Source of the DNA: Candidatus Sericytochromatia bacterium
GTDB taxonomy: Bacteria > Cyanobacteriota > Sericytochromatia > UBA7694
DNA: 64,000 nucleotides
NCBI GenBank assembly: GCA_018780035.1
Contig: JADMKE010000003.1
Location: forward strand, 338,753-402,752
Reading direction: 5' to 3'
Below, piece after piece: positions 1-8,680 of the stretch (position 1 is its first letter; each line of letters starts with the position of its first letter). Position numbers and translations under genes: made by a program. The notes under the pieces were generated by a model, which was not told where the DNA came from, searched no databases, and worked only from the letters and a program-made list of their open reading frames with translations.

Positions 1-118
1 CTCTCGGCCCCTTTGGGTTTTTTAAAATTTTTTCAGCTAAAGACAGAGATTTGAGCCCAGACAAGCAAGTTTCTGCACAGGGAAGATATAATTAAGAATA
101 CGTAAAGAAAACATTAAA

Positions 119-1003
119 TTGAGGTTTTTCATGCAGGTTCAGGCTCTCCACGCGTCTTCCCAGGCCTTTCTGCTCTCTGCGCCCGTTTCCACAGCCACCA
201 GCCGCAGCGTCTCTTCCCCCCACGCCTTGCAAATTCCCGATCGGATCAAAATTAGCCCCGAGGCCCGTGAGCAATTGGCCAATCAGGCCGCTGAAGAGGC
301 TGCCAGTCAAAGTGTTGGTTTCTTGGTTGATCTCTACCGCCAAAGCCGCAGCTCCCAAGAGCGGATCCAAATTACCCAAGCGCTGGGTGCCCTGCGCCAC
401 CCCGAAGCGGTCAAAGCCCTCGAAGCCATGACCCGCACCCGCCTTGACGATGCCCATGAAAATGCCTTGATCCTTGCCCTTGGCAATACCCGCCAAGCCA
501 GTGCCGTGGCTGTTTTAAATGATCTCTACCGCAGTTTTTGGAACCGCGCCCAGAAGCGCCAACTTGTGGTCGCCGCCCTGGGAGAAACCCGCTCTCCCCA
601 AGCTTTGGACTCCCTGCGTCAGGCTTACAAAGATGCCTGGAACAGCCCCGCCGGCAAAGATGCCGTGATCGCTGCCCTGGGCCAGTCGCGCCGGGCCGAG
701 GCCGTGCCACTGCTGCATCAGATCTACGAAGACAATTGGAATCAGGTAAGTCTGCGTCAGGCTGTCGTCCAAGCCTATGGTCAGACCCGTTCAGAACAGG
801 GGGCCGAAAAATTGATTCAGATCTTTAACCAACATTACTCTCAGCCCCAAATCCGCCAAGAGATCATCACTGCTCTCGGGCAAACCCGGTCACAAACGGC
901 CGTCTTATTTTTGCAAAAGTCGTATGCACAATTGCGCAGCGAACATGAACGCCAACAGGTCTTGAGCGCATTGCAAGCGGCTTACGACAAGAGTGATAAT
1001 TAA
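119..1003 (+). CDS. HEAT-repeat protein (PBS-lyase/E-Z type HEAT-like repeats)
   Basis: 294-aa ORF with about six ~30-aa units each carrying A-L-G-x-T/S-R...AV..L (ALGALRHPEAVKAL, ALGNTRQASAVAVL, ALGETRSPQALDSL, ALGQSRRAEAVPLL, AYGQTRSEQGAEKL, ALGQTRSQTAVLFL). GAGG lies 7 nt before the ATG at 131, so the true start may be 131. Confidence 0.7.
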   Translation: MRFFMQVQALHASSQAFLLSAPVSTATSRSVSSPHALQIPDRIKISPEAREQLANQAAEEAASQSVGFLVDLYRQSRSSQERIQITQALGALRHPEAVKALEAMTRTRLDDAHENALILALGNTRQASAVAVLNDLYRSFWNRAQKRQLVVAALGETRSPQALDSLRQAYKDAWNSPAGKDAVIAALGQSRRAEAVPLLHQIYEDNWNQVSLRQAVVQAYGQTRSEQGAEKLIQIFNQHYSQPQIRQEIITALGQTRSQTAVLFLQKSYAQLRSEHERQQVLSALQAAYDKSDN

Positions 1004-2565
1004 AGCCTGAGACCTGCCAAAAGGCCTGTCATCTGCCGATTTAAATCCATTTGCAATTGTTCGCTGGACAAAGGCGAGGCCTGCAGAGCCATCAGCCCTG
1101 GGTCAAAGGTCTGTGTCGGCCCAGGGTACAGAATACAGGCCATTTCCACCAGCGTCTCCCCACGCTGCGAGCGCAGGGCATCTCGGTAGGCATGCATGCG
1201 GTCCAAATCTGCTTTCGCCGGGCGTTTAAGATTGTCTCCCAGCCGGTATTTGGCATCCCAAAGCCAGAGCAGATCGGGCTGATTTTGCCGATCGGGATAA
1301 GAGATCTGAACCACCAAATCTGGACGTTGGGCATAACTGATGCTGTGAATCGGGCCTGTGGCCCCAAATTGCCGCTCGACCCAGACCTGTATTTTGAGCT
1401 GGGAGTCTGGCCTTTTTAAGCTCAAAACCATCGTGCCTCGGGGCAAGACCCGCACAAATGCAGAGTCTTGCCAAGGAAAAAGCCATTGCATCGACTCTGG
1501 CAACCAGCCTTGCAGTTGGGCTGACTGCAGCAAAGCCAAGATCACCTGGAGTATGCTCCAGGTTTGATATAACCAGGGAAGGTTCTCCAAACTGCGTTTG
1601 AGGGGGCCCTCCGATGAAACAAAGACAAAGTCGCGACTCAGCTTTTGCCAATGGGTCAAAAATACGCGGTGGCTGACCCGTGCCATCAGGCCCAGCCCCG
1701 GAGTGGCGGGCGCAGATAAAGCTTGAATATCTTTCCAATCTGAAAAATGGGCTGTACGTAAGCGCAATTGATTTAGCCAGGTTTGCAATTGCGCCCGTTC
1801 TGGTCCAAAATCCTTTTCAGGCAACAGTCCCAAAAGATGACTCAAACGGGTCTCTACCTGTTGCACCAGATGTTTAACAAAGCGGTTTTCTGGTGTGTTT
1901 GAACTCCAGCGGGGGCGTTGGTCCAAGACCTGTCGAGAGGGATCTAAAACCGTTCTGAACAGGGGCTTGCGGGCCTGGTGGGCAGAGACCTGCCGCAATT
2001 CACCAGGCAAACCCAGTGCCTGATTGGGCTCCCAGGCAGCCAATGCCGACAAGAGCCCGGCCTGTTCAGCCTGATCCATCAAACAGGTCTGAAGTTTTGC
2101 AAATTCTTGGCGCCAACCCCGCAATCGCCCCGTATTTGTGTTTTGGCCGTGCACAAAACCCGAGCCTGGTTTGAGTGCATGCCCCCATTCCAGTGGCAAA
2201 AGGTAATGGAGCTCTTCGAGCAAGGCAAAGAGTCCAGCCTGGCCCCAGCCTGTGGGCCAGACCTCCAGTTGGGTTTCAAAACAACATTCAGACTGGTACC
2301 AAAGCCGCAAAGGATATAATCCAGGCCCTTGCCTTTGCCAGAGCGCCATCAAGATTCGTCTATCAGGTTGCCATTGCAGCGGCAGGGTGAAACCATCCAA
2401 TTCAAGCATGTAATCAGGCAAAGATGGGAAGGAACTGCGTTGCAGGCCTTCCAAGACAATCCAGGCCGACTCCCATTCAGGCAGGGCTTTCAGGACCTCC
2501 CCTTGCAGATTTTCAAAGCACAGAGAGATCGGCGTCTGCAGTGCCGTCTCAATGCCCAAAGACAA
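1000..2565 (-). CDS. mcrC: McrC-like PD-(D/E)xK nuclease subunit of an McrBC-type (type IV) restriction system
   Basis: 521-aa ORF lying 3' of, and overlapping by 17 nt, the McrB-like GTPase gene on the same strand. The C-terminal region carries a D...D-x-K nuclease motif (PDLVVQISYPDRQNQPDLLWLWDAKYRL). Confidence 0.6.
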   Translation of the reverse strand: MSLGIETALQTPISLCFENLQGEVLKALPEWESAWIVLEGLQRSSFPSLPDYMLELDGFTLPLQWQPDRRILMALWQRQGPGLYPLRLWYQSECCFETQLEVWPTGWGQAGLFALLEELHYLLPLEWGHALKPGSGFVHGQNTNTGRLRGWRQEFAKLQTCLMDQAEQAGLLSALAAWEPNQALGLPGELRQVSAHQARKPLFRTVLDPSRQVLDQRPRWSSNTPENRFVKHLVQQVETRLSHLLGLLPEKDFGPERAQLQTWLNQLRLRTAHFSDWKDIQALSAPATPGLGLMARVSHRVFLTHWQKLSRDFVFVSSEGPLKRSLENLPWLYQTWSILQVILALLQSAQLQGWLPESMQWLFPWQDSAFVRVLPRGTMVLSLKRPDSQLKIQVWVERQFGATGPIHSISYAQRPDLVVQISYPDRQNQPDLLWLWDAKYRLGDNLKRPAKADLDRMHAYRDALRSQRGETLVEMACILYPGPTQTFDPGLMALQASPLSSEQLQMDLNRQMTGLLAGLRL

Positions 2566-3919
2566 AGCCCTCGCGCTGCCATTGACCTATGAGTTGGCTT
2601 ACGCGCTTGCGGGTCAGTGGGAAATCGGTTTCGGGCAGCAGATCTGCGAGTTGATTCAAGCGGTTTAAGAGTGTGGGATCGCTGCTGCGCAGGCGAGCCA
2701 GCAGTTTTTGTAAGATCTGTTGATCCAAGGCTGTTTGCCAAGTCAATCCCAGTTGAGTCGCGGATTCGATATAACTGAGTATGTCTTTGCAGGTCCGAAA
2801 CGAGAGGGGGATTATGGGCGAAAGGCAGGTCAGCGTCTCCTTTAAAACAGACCTGTAAGGCAATCCGTCTAAGAGCGCGCAGATGTCTTCCTGAGCGGCT
2901 TCCAGGCTCAAGACCTGGGCCCGGTCATAAATTTTATCTGCGAGCAAATGGGTACTTTCATCGAGGTTGATCGTGCCCACGACATGTAAATTGGGCGTGA
3001 GGCTGACAGGGGCATCGCCCCCCAACCAGAGGGGGGCTGCTCCCTGTCGGCGCATGATTTCCAGTCCCGAAAGCAGGGGGGCAAAATAATGTTCAATTCG
3101 GGCCAGGTTCATTTCGTCCAAGATCAAGTGGTAAGGTTGGGCGGCTCGATTGTCCCGGCGAGCTGCGTTCCATTCTTGGGAAGCCCGTTTGAGAAAGAGG
3201 CTCGCGGGTGAATCGACATAACACTTTTCGAGCGGGTTAAAATAACCCAACCAATCTTCGGGCTGATTCCAATGGGGTGAAACTGCCAAAAGGCAGGATT
3301 CGGCCCCACTGACCTGGGCATAAGCTTGCGCCAGCCACGATTTGCCCACCCCACTCGGGCCACTGAGAATCACCAGTGAGGCGCTTGTCAAAGCCAGGTG
3401 ATACCGATACAGGGTTTGCTTGGGCAGCAAAAGTCCTTGTTGGCGGATTTTTTCTGCCCATTTGTCGAGCATTTTTTGAGGCGTAGGCAGTCCCTGGGGT
3501 TGAAACAAGTCAGGCAAATGGGCCTGTAATTCTGCCCAGGCTTCAGAACTCACTTTAAACACCCGACCTTGGGGGCGTTTGAAAAACGGCTCTTGGCTCC
3601 AAGTTGGCAAGGCCTTGAGAGCCTGTCTTGGCAAAGGTTCTGGCAAAAGACCTGTGATTTTAAAGCCAATATGCCAAGACTGAGGATCTTCAGCTTCGGC
3701 CAAATAGGCGGCACTGAGCAATTGTCCAACAGCGATCAAACCCAGTCCCGTTGCCCAAAATAAGAGCGTGTCCCCGGCCCGTAATTGCTGAGAATAGCGC
3801 TCCACAGGCCATTCCCCCTCACTTTCCACCTGTCCCAGGCGCAGTTGGGACAAACGCAGCGAGAGTTCAGAGTTGGCTTCAAACTGCAGCAGCCAGATTG
3901 GACGGGGATCTGATGGCAT
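2549..3919 (-). CDS. mcrB: McrB-like AAA+ GTPase with N-terminal EVE (PUA-like) modified-base reader domain
   Basis: Walker A GPSGVGKS. The McrB signature LILDEMNLARIEHYFAPLLSGLE matches the DEINRA-type motif. The N-terminal ~140 aa match the EVE consensus (IWLLQ..., AGDTLLFW..GLIAVGQLLS, ...RVFKVS). The track ORF runs to 4036, but GAGGAA precedes the ATG at 3919, and the upstream extension would overlap the neighbouring flippase gene. Confidence 0.75.
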   Translation of the reverse strand: MPSDPRPIWLLQFEANSELSLRLSQLRLGQVESEGEWPVERYSQQLRAGDTLLFWATGLGLIAVGQLLSAAYLAEAEDPQSWHIGFKITGLLPEPLPRQALKALPTWSQEPFFKRPQGRVFKVSSEAWAELQAHLPDLFQPQGLPTPQKMLDKWAEKIRQQGLLLPKQTLYRYHLALTSASLVILSGPSGVGKSWLAQAYAQVSGAESCLLAVSPHWNQPEDWLGYFNPLEKCYVDSPASLFLKRASQEWNAARRDNRAAQPYHLILDEMNLARIEHYFAPLLSGLEIMRRQGAAPLWLGGDAPVSLTPNLHVVGTINLDESTHLLADKIYDRAQVLSLEAAQEDICALLDGLPYRSVLKETLTCLSPIIPLSFRTCKDILSYIESATQLGLTWQTALDQQILQKLLARLRSSDPTLLNRLNQLADLLPETDFPLTRKRVSQLIGQWQREGFVFGH

Positions 3920-3926
3920 TATTTCC

Positions 3927-5462
3927 TCACGCATGTTTTTTTCCAGTATACGCCTTGAATTTCTGAACAGACCAGTTTTGAATCGCCAAGGTTTGGCCCT
4001 TTGACAATGTCCGCAGCGCAAAGAGCAGCCCGGCATAGAGCAGAATCGCCAAAGGCAGAATCAGCCACCAAGGCAGGGCCAGCTTTAAAAGCAGCTGAAT
4101 TCCCCATCCCATTCCCAAAGTGGCCAAGAGACCTTTCAGTCCCAAGCGCAGCGGCAGTTTTAAGCCCAGACTTTTGGCCAAATAGACAAAATTGAACAGA
4201 CAGACAAAGGCCTCCGTCAAAACCGTACTCATTGCCGCTCCTGCTCCCCCCCATGTGGGAATCCAGATCAGATTTAAACCCAAATTGAGCAAGACGCCCA
4301 GTGCGCTGCTCAAAACCAAGAGCCGAGTCAGGTTAAGCGCTGCCAAATTGTATAGGCAAATATGGTTCACAAACAGAAAGATCAGGCTCCACAAGAGTAT
4401 TTGCCAAAACGGAACGGCAGCAAGAAAGGGTTTTCCCAAAAGGCTTTCGATCATGGGGCCTGCCAAGAGAGTTCCACCCAATGATATCGGCCATGCTGTC
4501 AACCATGCCACTTGGAGAGCTTGATCTGTCAGGGTCTGGATTTGCGATTGTTTTGTTGATTCTTTTGGGGATTCATTTGGTGATTGTTTTTCTGCCCCCC
4601 ACTGTGAAATAACAGGAAAAATGGCCATCATCAGCAAATTGGGCATTAAAACCAAGAGATCAATCAATTTGACCACCGCCTGATACCAGCCTACTTCGGC
4701 TGAAGATCTGCCCAGCAAATGCAGCATCGCCACATCCATACGAAAGTAGAGCAAGGCAAAGAGCCCACTGAGCCAAAATGGCAGGCCCGTTTTAAACAAT
4801 TGGCCGACAAAGACCCAATTCCAGACCGCTTTTTCATTCCCTATCTGCCGTGACTGCAACACATTCTTGACCTGTTTGAAGCCCCAGATCAGAGACAGAC
4901 CGTTGGCCAGAGCCAGGCCCCTTAATAGCCAAAAAATATCTTGACTGAGATAAAGCACCAAAAGCAAAGATCCCAAGGTCAAGAGGCGGTTTTGCAGACG
5001 CAGCGCAATTTCTTCTTCGATACACTCCAAACCGTTAAAAATCGCGCTGAGAATATCCAACCAGCCGATTGCCAAGGTGATCAAACCGGCCCACAAGATA
5101 TTTTCCAAGTCCCCGCCCCGCAATCCACTCAGCCAAGCCGCAATCTGCATCAGGACAAGCGTCAACAGGGACAATCCTGTTTTTAGCACAAGCACATGGT
5201 GGATATAGTGATGGGCCTGCTGATTGTAACGGGCCAACTCACGAATCAAAAGGGTGTTGAGCCCGCAATCACTGAAATAGAGAAAGAGCCCTGTAAAAGC
5301 CAAGGGAAATGCATAGCGGCCATAGCCATCGGCCCCCAAGGCCTGGGCCAAGACCAAAAAAAAGACCATGCTAAAACCCCGGCTGACCCCTTCTGCGAGG
5401 AGTTTGAAGCGCATATTTTTGCCGAGACGGGAGGCGGTAGAGGGTACAGAATGCATGGACAC
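3927..5462 (-). CDS. Polysaccharide biosynthesis protein, MOP-superfamily flippase (Wzx-like)
   Basis: 511 aa and hydrophobic throughout, roughly 12-14 TM helices. The N-terminal pattern KLLAEGVSRGFSMVFFLVLAQALGADGYGRYAFPLAFTGLFLYFSDCGLNTLLIRELAR is typical of Wzx/PST-family exporters. Confidence 0.65.
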   Translation of the reverse strand: MSMHSVPSTASRLGKNMRFKLLAEGVSRGFSMVFFLVLAQALGADGYGRYAFPLAFTGLFLYFSDCGLNTLLIRELARYNQQAHHYIHHVLVLKTGLSLLTLVLMQIAAWLSGLRGGDLENILWAGLITLAIGWLDILSAIFNGLECIEEEIALRLQNRLLTLGSLLLVLYLSQDIFWLLRGLALANGLSLIWGFKQVKNVLQSRQIGNEKAVWNWVFVGQLFKTGLPFWLSGLFALLYFRMDVAMLHLLGRSSAEVGWYQAVVKLIDLLVLMPNLLMMAIFPVISQWGAEKQSPNESPKESTKQSQIQTLTDQALQVAWLTAWPISLGGTLLAGPMIESLLGKPFLAAVPFWQILLWSLIFLFVNHICLYNLAALNLTRLLVLSSALGVLLNLGLNLIWIPTWGGAGAAMSTVLTEAFVCLFNFVYLAKSLGLKLPLRLGLKGLLATLGMGWGIQLLLKLALPWWLILPLAILLYAGLLFALRTLSKGQTLAIQNWSVQKFKAYTGKKHA

Positions 5463-5524
5463 ATTGTACCGCTTGGGGTCTTCGCCTGCGACAAAGTTGG
5501 GTTACACTGAAAGTCGGAGATGAA

Positions 5525-6484
5525 TTGAAAATGGTAGAAATTGGTAAATTTAACCGTCTGCGGATCGCCAAAGAGCGCAGCGTAGGCTATTTCTTTGATG
5601 GGGGGGAGGCTGGGGATATTCTCATGCCCAAACGCCACCAACCCGATCATTGTGAAGTGGATGACGAACTGGATGTCTTTATTTTTCTCGATGCTGAAGA
5701 GCGTTTAACGGCTACTGTGCGCAAACCCTATGCCCAGGTGGATGAGATCGCCTGGCTCAAGGTGATCGATACCCACCGGGTGGGGGCCTTTTTGGACTGG
5801 GGGCTGACCAAAGACCTGATGGTGCCTCTGCGCGAACAAAAAGAGCTGATGATGCCCGGCCAGTATTATCTGGTCAAAATCCTGCTCGATGACTCCAACC
5901 GCATTATTGGCTCGACCCGGATTGAGGATTACCTCAACGAGACCAACGAAGGCGAGTTTGAATACGGCCAAGAGGTGGATTTGATTCTCGCTGACGAGAC
6001 CGAATTGGGCTTTAAAGCGATTGTGAACCACACCCACTGGGGCCTGCTCTATGAGAACGAGGTCTTTCAAAAACTCGAAAAGGGCCAGAAGCATATCGGG
6101 TATATCAAAAAGCTGCGCGATGATCTCAAAATCGACCTCTCACTCAAAAAACCGGGTTATGACCGCGAACATATGGGCCAATTGGGTGAACAGATTTTGG
6201 CGCGGATTGAGCAGTCGGGGGGCTTCTTGGCCCTGAGCGACAAAAGCCCGCCCGAAGCCATTTACGAAGCCTTTGGCATCAGCAAAAAATCCTATAAACA
6301 GGCCGTGGGCAATTTATACAAACACCGCCTGATCACCTTGGAAGAAGGTGGATTGCGCCTGGTGCCCCAAGCAGCGCCTCCGGCAGTCAAACCCTACGAG
6401 GCCAAGCCCTATCAGGCAAAACCTTACCAACCGAAGCCCTATCAGGCCAAACCAGGGTTTAAGGCTCCGCGTAGACCTGAATGA
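5525..6484 (+). CDS. cvfB: S1-like RNA-binding protein, CvfB/YitL family
   Basis: 319 aa with tandem S1-like barrels. The C-terminal winged-helix region DKSPPEAIYEAFGISKKSYKQAVGNLYKHRLITLEEGGLRL closely matches the CvfB WH domain (DKSSPEAIKEVF..SKGSFKRAIGHLYKQKII). Confidence 0.75.
   Translation: MKMVEIGKFNRLRIAKERSVGYFFDGGEAGDILMPKRHQPDHCEVDDELDVFIFLDAEERLTATVRKPYAQVDEIAWLKVIDTHRVGAFLDWGLTKDLMVPLREQKELMMPGQYYLVKILLDDSNRIIGSTRIEDYLNETNEGEFEYGQEVDLILADETELGFKAIVNHTHWGLLYENEVFQKLEKGQKHIGYIKKLRDDLKIDLSLKKPGYDREHMGQLGEQILARIEQSGGFLALSDKSPPEAIYEAFGISKKSYKQAVGNLYKHRLITLEEGGLRLVPQAAPPAVKPYEAKPYQAKPYQPKPYQAKPGFKAPRRPE
6389..6454 (+). repeat. In-frame 15-nt tandem repeat encoding (KPYxA)x4 at the cvfB C-terminus
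   Basis: KPYEA KPYQA KPYQP KPYQA KP, read directly in the sequence aaaccctacgaggccaagccctatcaggcaaaaccttaccaaccgaagccctatcaggccaaacca. Confidence 0.8.
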
Positions 6485-8573
6485 AGCGCGAAACCTGGGT
6501 AAAAACAGCGTCGTAGTTTTGGTGCCAGGCAGGGTAGCTCAAATAGAGGTATTCTTTGGCGCGGGTACAGGCCACATAAAAGAGGCGACGCTCTTCTTCG
6601 AGTTCGTCCAGGCGTTTGAGCGAGCGGGCCGAGGGCAAGAGTCCATCGAGCAAATGGGGCACAAACACGGCCGACCACTCCAAGCCTTTGGCAGAATGCA
6701 CGGTGGAGAGCACCAAGGGGCGCTCTTCGCGCTCGTCTATCATTGGGGTGGTGCCATCTTGGTATTTCTGCGAAGGCGGATCCAGGGCAAAATCCGAGAG
6801 AAAGGTCTCGAGTTTTTTGTATTTCTGCGCCAATTGCAGGAGGATATCCAGATCGGGCGTGCGGGTTTTCCAATCGCTTTCGACCTGTTTTAAAAGCGGG
6901 GTGTAATAATTCTGCAAGGTGCCCAGTTGTTCGGCCACCGAAAGCTGTTGTCGGCCTTGCTCCAGGGAGGCCTGCAGTTCCAGCAGGGCCGGGGCAAATT
7001 TTTTCTGGCTCATGCCATTTAAGACAAATTGGCCCTGGTGAGTGCGAATCCCTTCGATGATCTTGCGGGCAGTGACCTGTCCTACACCGGGGATCAGCTT
7101 GAGAATTCGGTGCCAGGCGATGGCGTCATAGGGGTTGAGCAAGAGCCGGGCCAGGGCCACCAGGTCTTTGACGTGGCGGCGCTCGATAAAGCGAATGCCC
7201 CCATAAACCACATAGGGAATGCTGCGGCGCAGCAATTCGGTTTGAATAAATCCCGAATGAAAGCCTGAGCGGTAGAGCACAGCCATGTCTTTGAGTTCAA
7301 GTCCCTGCTCACGGAGTTCCAGCACGCGGTCGACCACCCAAATGGCCTCATCTTCGGCGCTGTAATGTCTGCAAATCACAGGGGCCACCCCCGCTGTGCG
7401 CAGACTGAATAGTTTTTTGGGATAGCCGAGCCGGGCCTGTTTGAGCAAATCATTGCTGAAATCCAGCAGGGGCTGTGTGCTGCGGTAATTCTGCTCCAGT
7501 CTGACAATTTTGCACGTGGGCCAACTCTCGGGAAAGAGCAAAATATTCTCCAGCTCTGCCCCGCGAAAACCATAAATGCTCTGGGCGTCATCTCCGACCA
7601 CCATCAGGTTTTTGTGCCGCTCACAAAGTTGGTCGGCAAAACTTTTTTGAACCAAATTGGTGTCTTGGTATTCATCAACCATGACATAGTCGAATAAATT
7701 TTGAACCGAGCGTTTAAAGGTCGGATTGGCACGCAATTGCTGATCAACCTGGATCAACAGGTCGTCGTAGTCGAGCAGGCTGTGGCGGCGCTTGTATTCG
7801 TGATACACCGTCTCCAGGGTCTGTAATTCTTCGAGGTAGTCTTCCAGGCCTGTATAGTCACGGGCTATCACATCGGCCAGGGCCATCTGGCAATTGCGGG
7901 AGCGGGAGATCAGTTCTTGGATACGGCTTTTCTTGGGAAAGGCCCGGCTCTTTTTGTCAAACTTGAGTTCTTGGCGAATCAAATCGATAATATCTTCGCT
8001 GTCGACGGTGTCGATAATACTGAAATGGGGGTCCAGATCGAGCAATTTGGCGTAACGCCGCAATAAATGGCTGGCCACCGAGTGAAAGGTCCCGCCCATA
8101 ACTTTTTCGGCCCGCTCCGATTGCAAAAGCAGCCGGGCCCGCAAGAGCATCTCGGCTGAGGCCTTTCGGGTGAAGGTTAGCAGCAAAATCCGCTCAGGCG
8201 CGACACCTTTTTCAAGCAAATAACTCAGGCGGTAAATCAATGTGCGGGTTTTGCCCGAGCCCGCGCCAGCCAATACCAAGAGGGGGCCTTCGGTGGTGGT
8301 GGCAGCCAATAATTGGCGCGGATTGAGTTCGTCGGCGTAGTCCAGTTTGAGTTCGGGAGAGAGTGGCTCGGGCAGGCTCTCTAGGCTGCGGGCATCCACT
8401 TCTTGGCGCAGTTTTTCAAAACGCCGCAGTCGGGCCTTCATCTCGCTGTCCATTTCAGGCTCGGCATAATAGGCCGCATGGCGAAAGGCCGGGGGGGTAT
8501 TTTCAGGTGGCCCGGTATCGGCATAAAAATTGAGAAAAGAGCGGATCAAATCGTCGCGGGATATGCGTTCCAT
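6459..8573 (-). CDS. uvrD: UvrD/PcrA-family SF1 ATP-dependent DNA helicase
   Basis: 704 aa. Motif I AGAGSGKTRTLIYR, motif II DEYQDTN, motif IV NYRS, motif VI YVACTRAKEYLYLSY. Length and C-terminal region fit UvrD/PcrA rather than Rep. A ~95-aa N-terminal extension precedes the core. Confidence 0.8.
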   Translation of the reverse strand: MERISRDDLIRSFLNFYADTGPPENTPPAFRHAAYYAEPEMDSEMKARLRRFEKLRQEVDARSLESLPEPLSPELKLDYADELNPRQLLAATTTEGPLLVLAGAGSGKTRTLIYRLSYLLEKGVAPERILLLTFTRKASAEMLLRARLLLQSERAEKVMGGTFHSVASHLLRRYAKLLDLDPHFSIIDTVDSEDIIDLIRQELKFDKKSRAFPKKSRIQELISRSRNCQMALADVIARDYTGLEDYLEELQTLETVYHEYKRRHSLLDYDDLLIQVDQQLRANPTFKRSVQNLFDYVMVDEYQDTNLVQKSFADQLCERHKNLMVVGDDAQSIYGFRGAELENILLFPESWPTCKIVRLEQNYRSTQPLLDFSNDLLKQARLGYPKKLFSLRTAGVAPVICRHYSAEDEAIWVVDRVLELREQGLELKDMAVLYRSGFHSGFIQTELLRRSIPYVVYGGIRFIERRHVKDLVALARLLLNPYDAIAWHRILKLIPGVGQVTARKIIEGIRTHQGQFVLNGMSQKKFAPALLELQASLEQGRQQLSVAEQLGTLQNYYTPLLKQVESDWKTRTPDLDILLQLAQKYKKLETFLSDFALDPPSQKYQDGTTPMIDEREERPLVLSTVHSAKGLEWSAVFVPHLLDGLLPSARSLKRLDELEEERRLFYVACTRAKEYLYLSYPAWHQNYDAVFTQVSRFIQVYAEP

Positions 8574-8680
8574 GGGGGTCTCCGTTTTGGGGCCAGTCAG
8601 GATGGGCGGTCAGTGTATGCTGCTTGTATTGGGCTTTGTGTTTCTCTATTTTAACTGATAAAGGCTTCAAAAAAGCAGAA

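Noticed and set aside
1-60. Weak hairpin plus T-run (ggcccctttgggtttttt) at the window start as a terminator
   Set aside because: The stem is only 3-4 bp. Too weak to call without the upstream gene.
6348-7351. ORFs of 80-180 aa on the plus strand inside the helicase region (6348..6893, 6616..6906, 6743..7060 and others)
   Set aside because: They are antisense to a well-supported UvrD-family CDS, have no motifs, and have the biased composition typical of antisense frames in GC-rich coding DNA.
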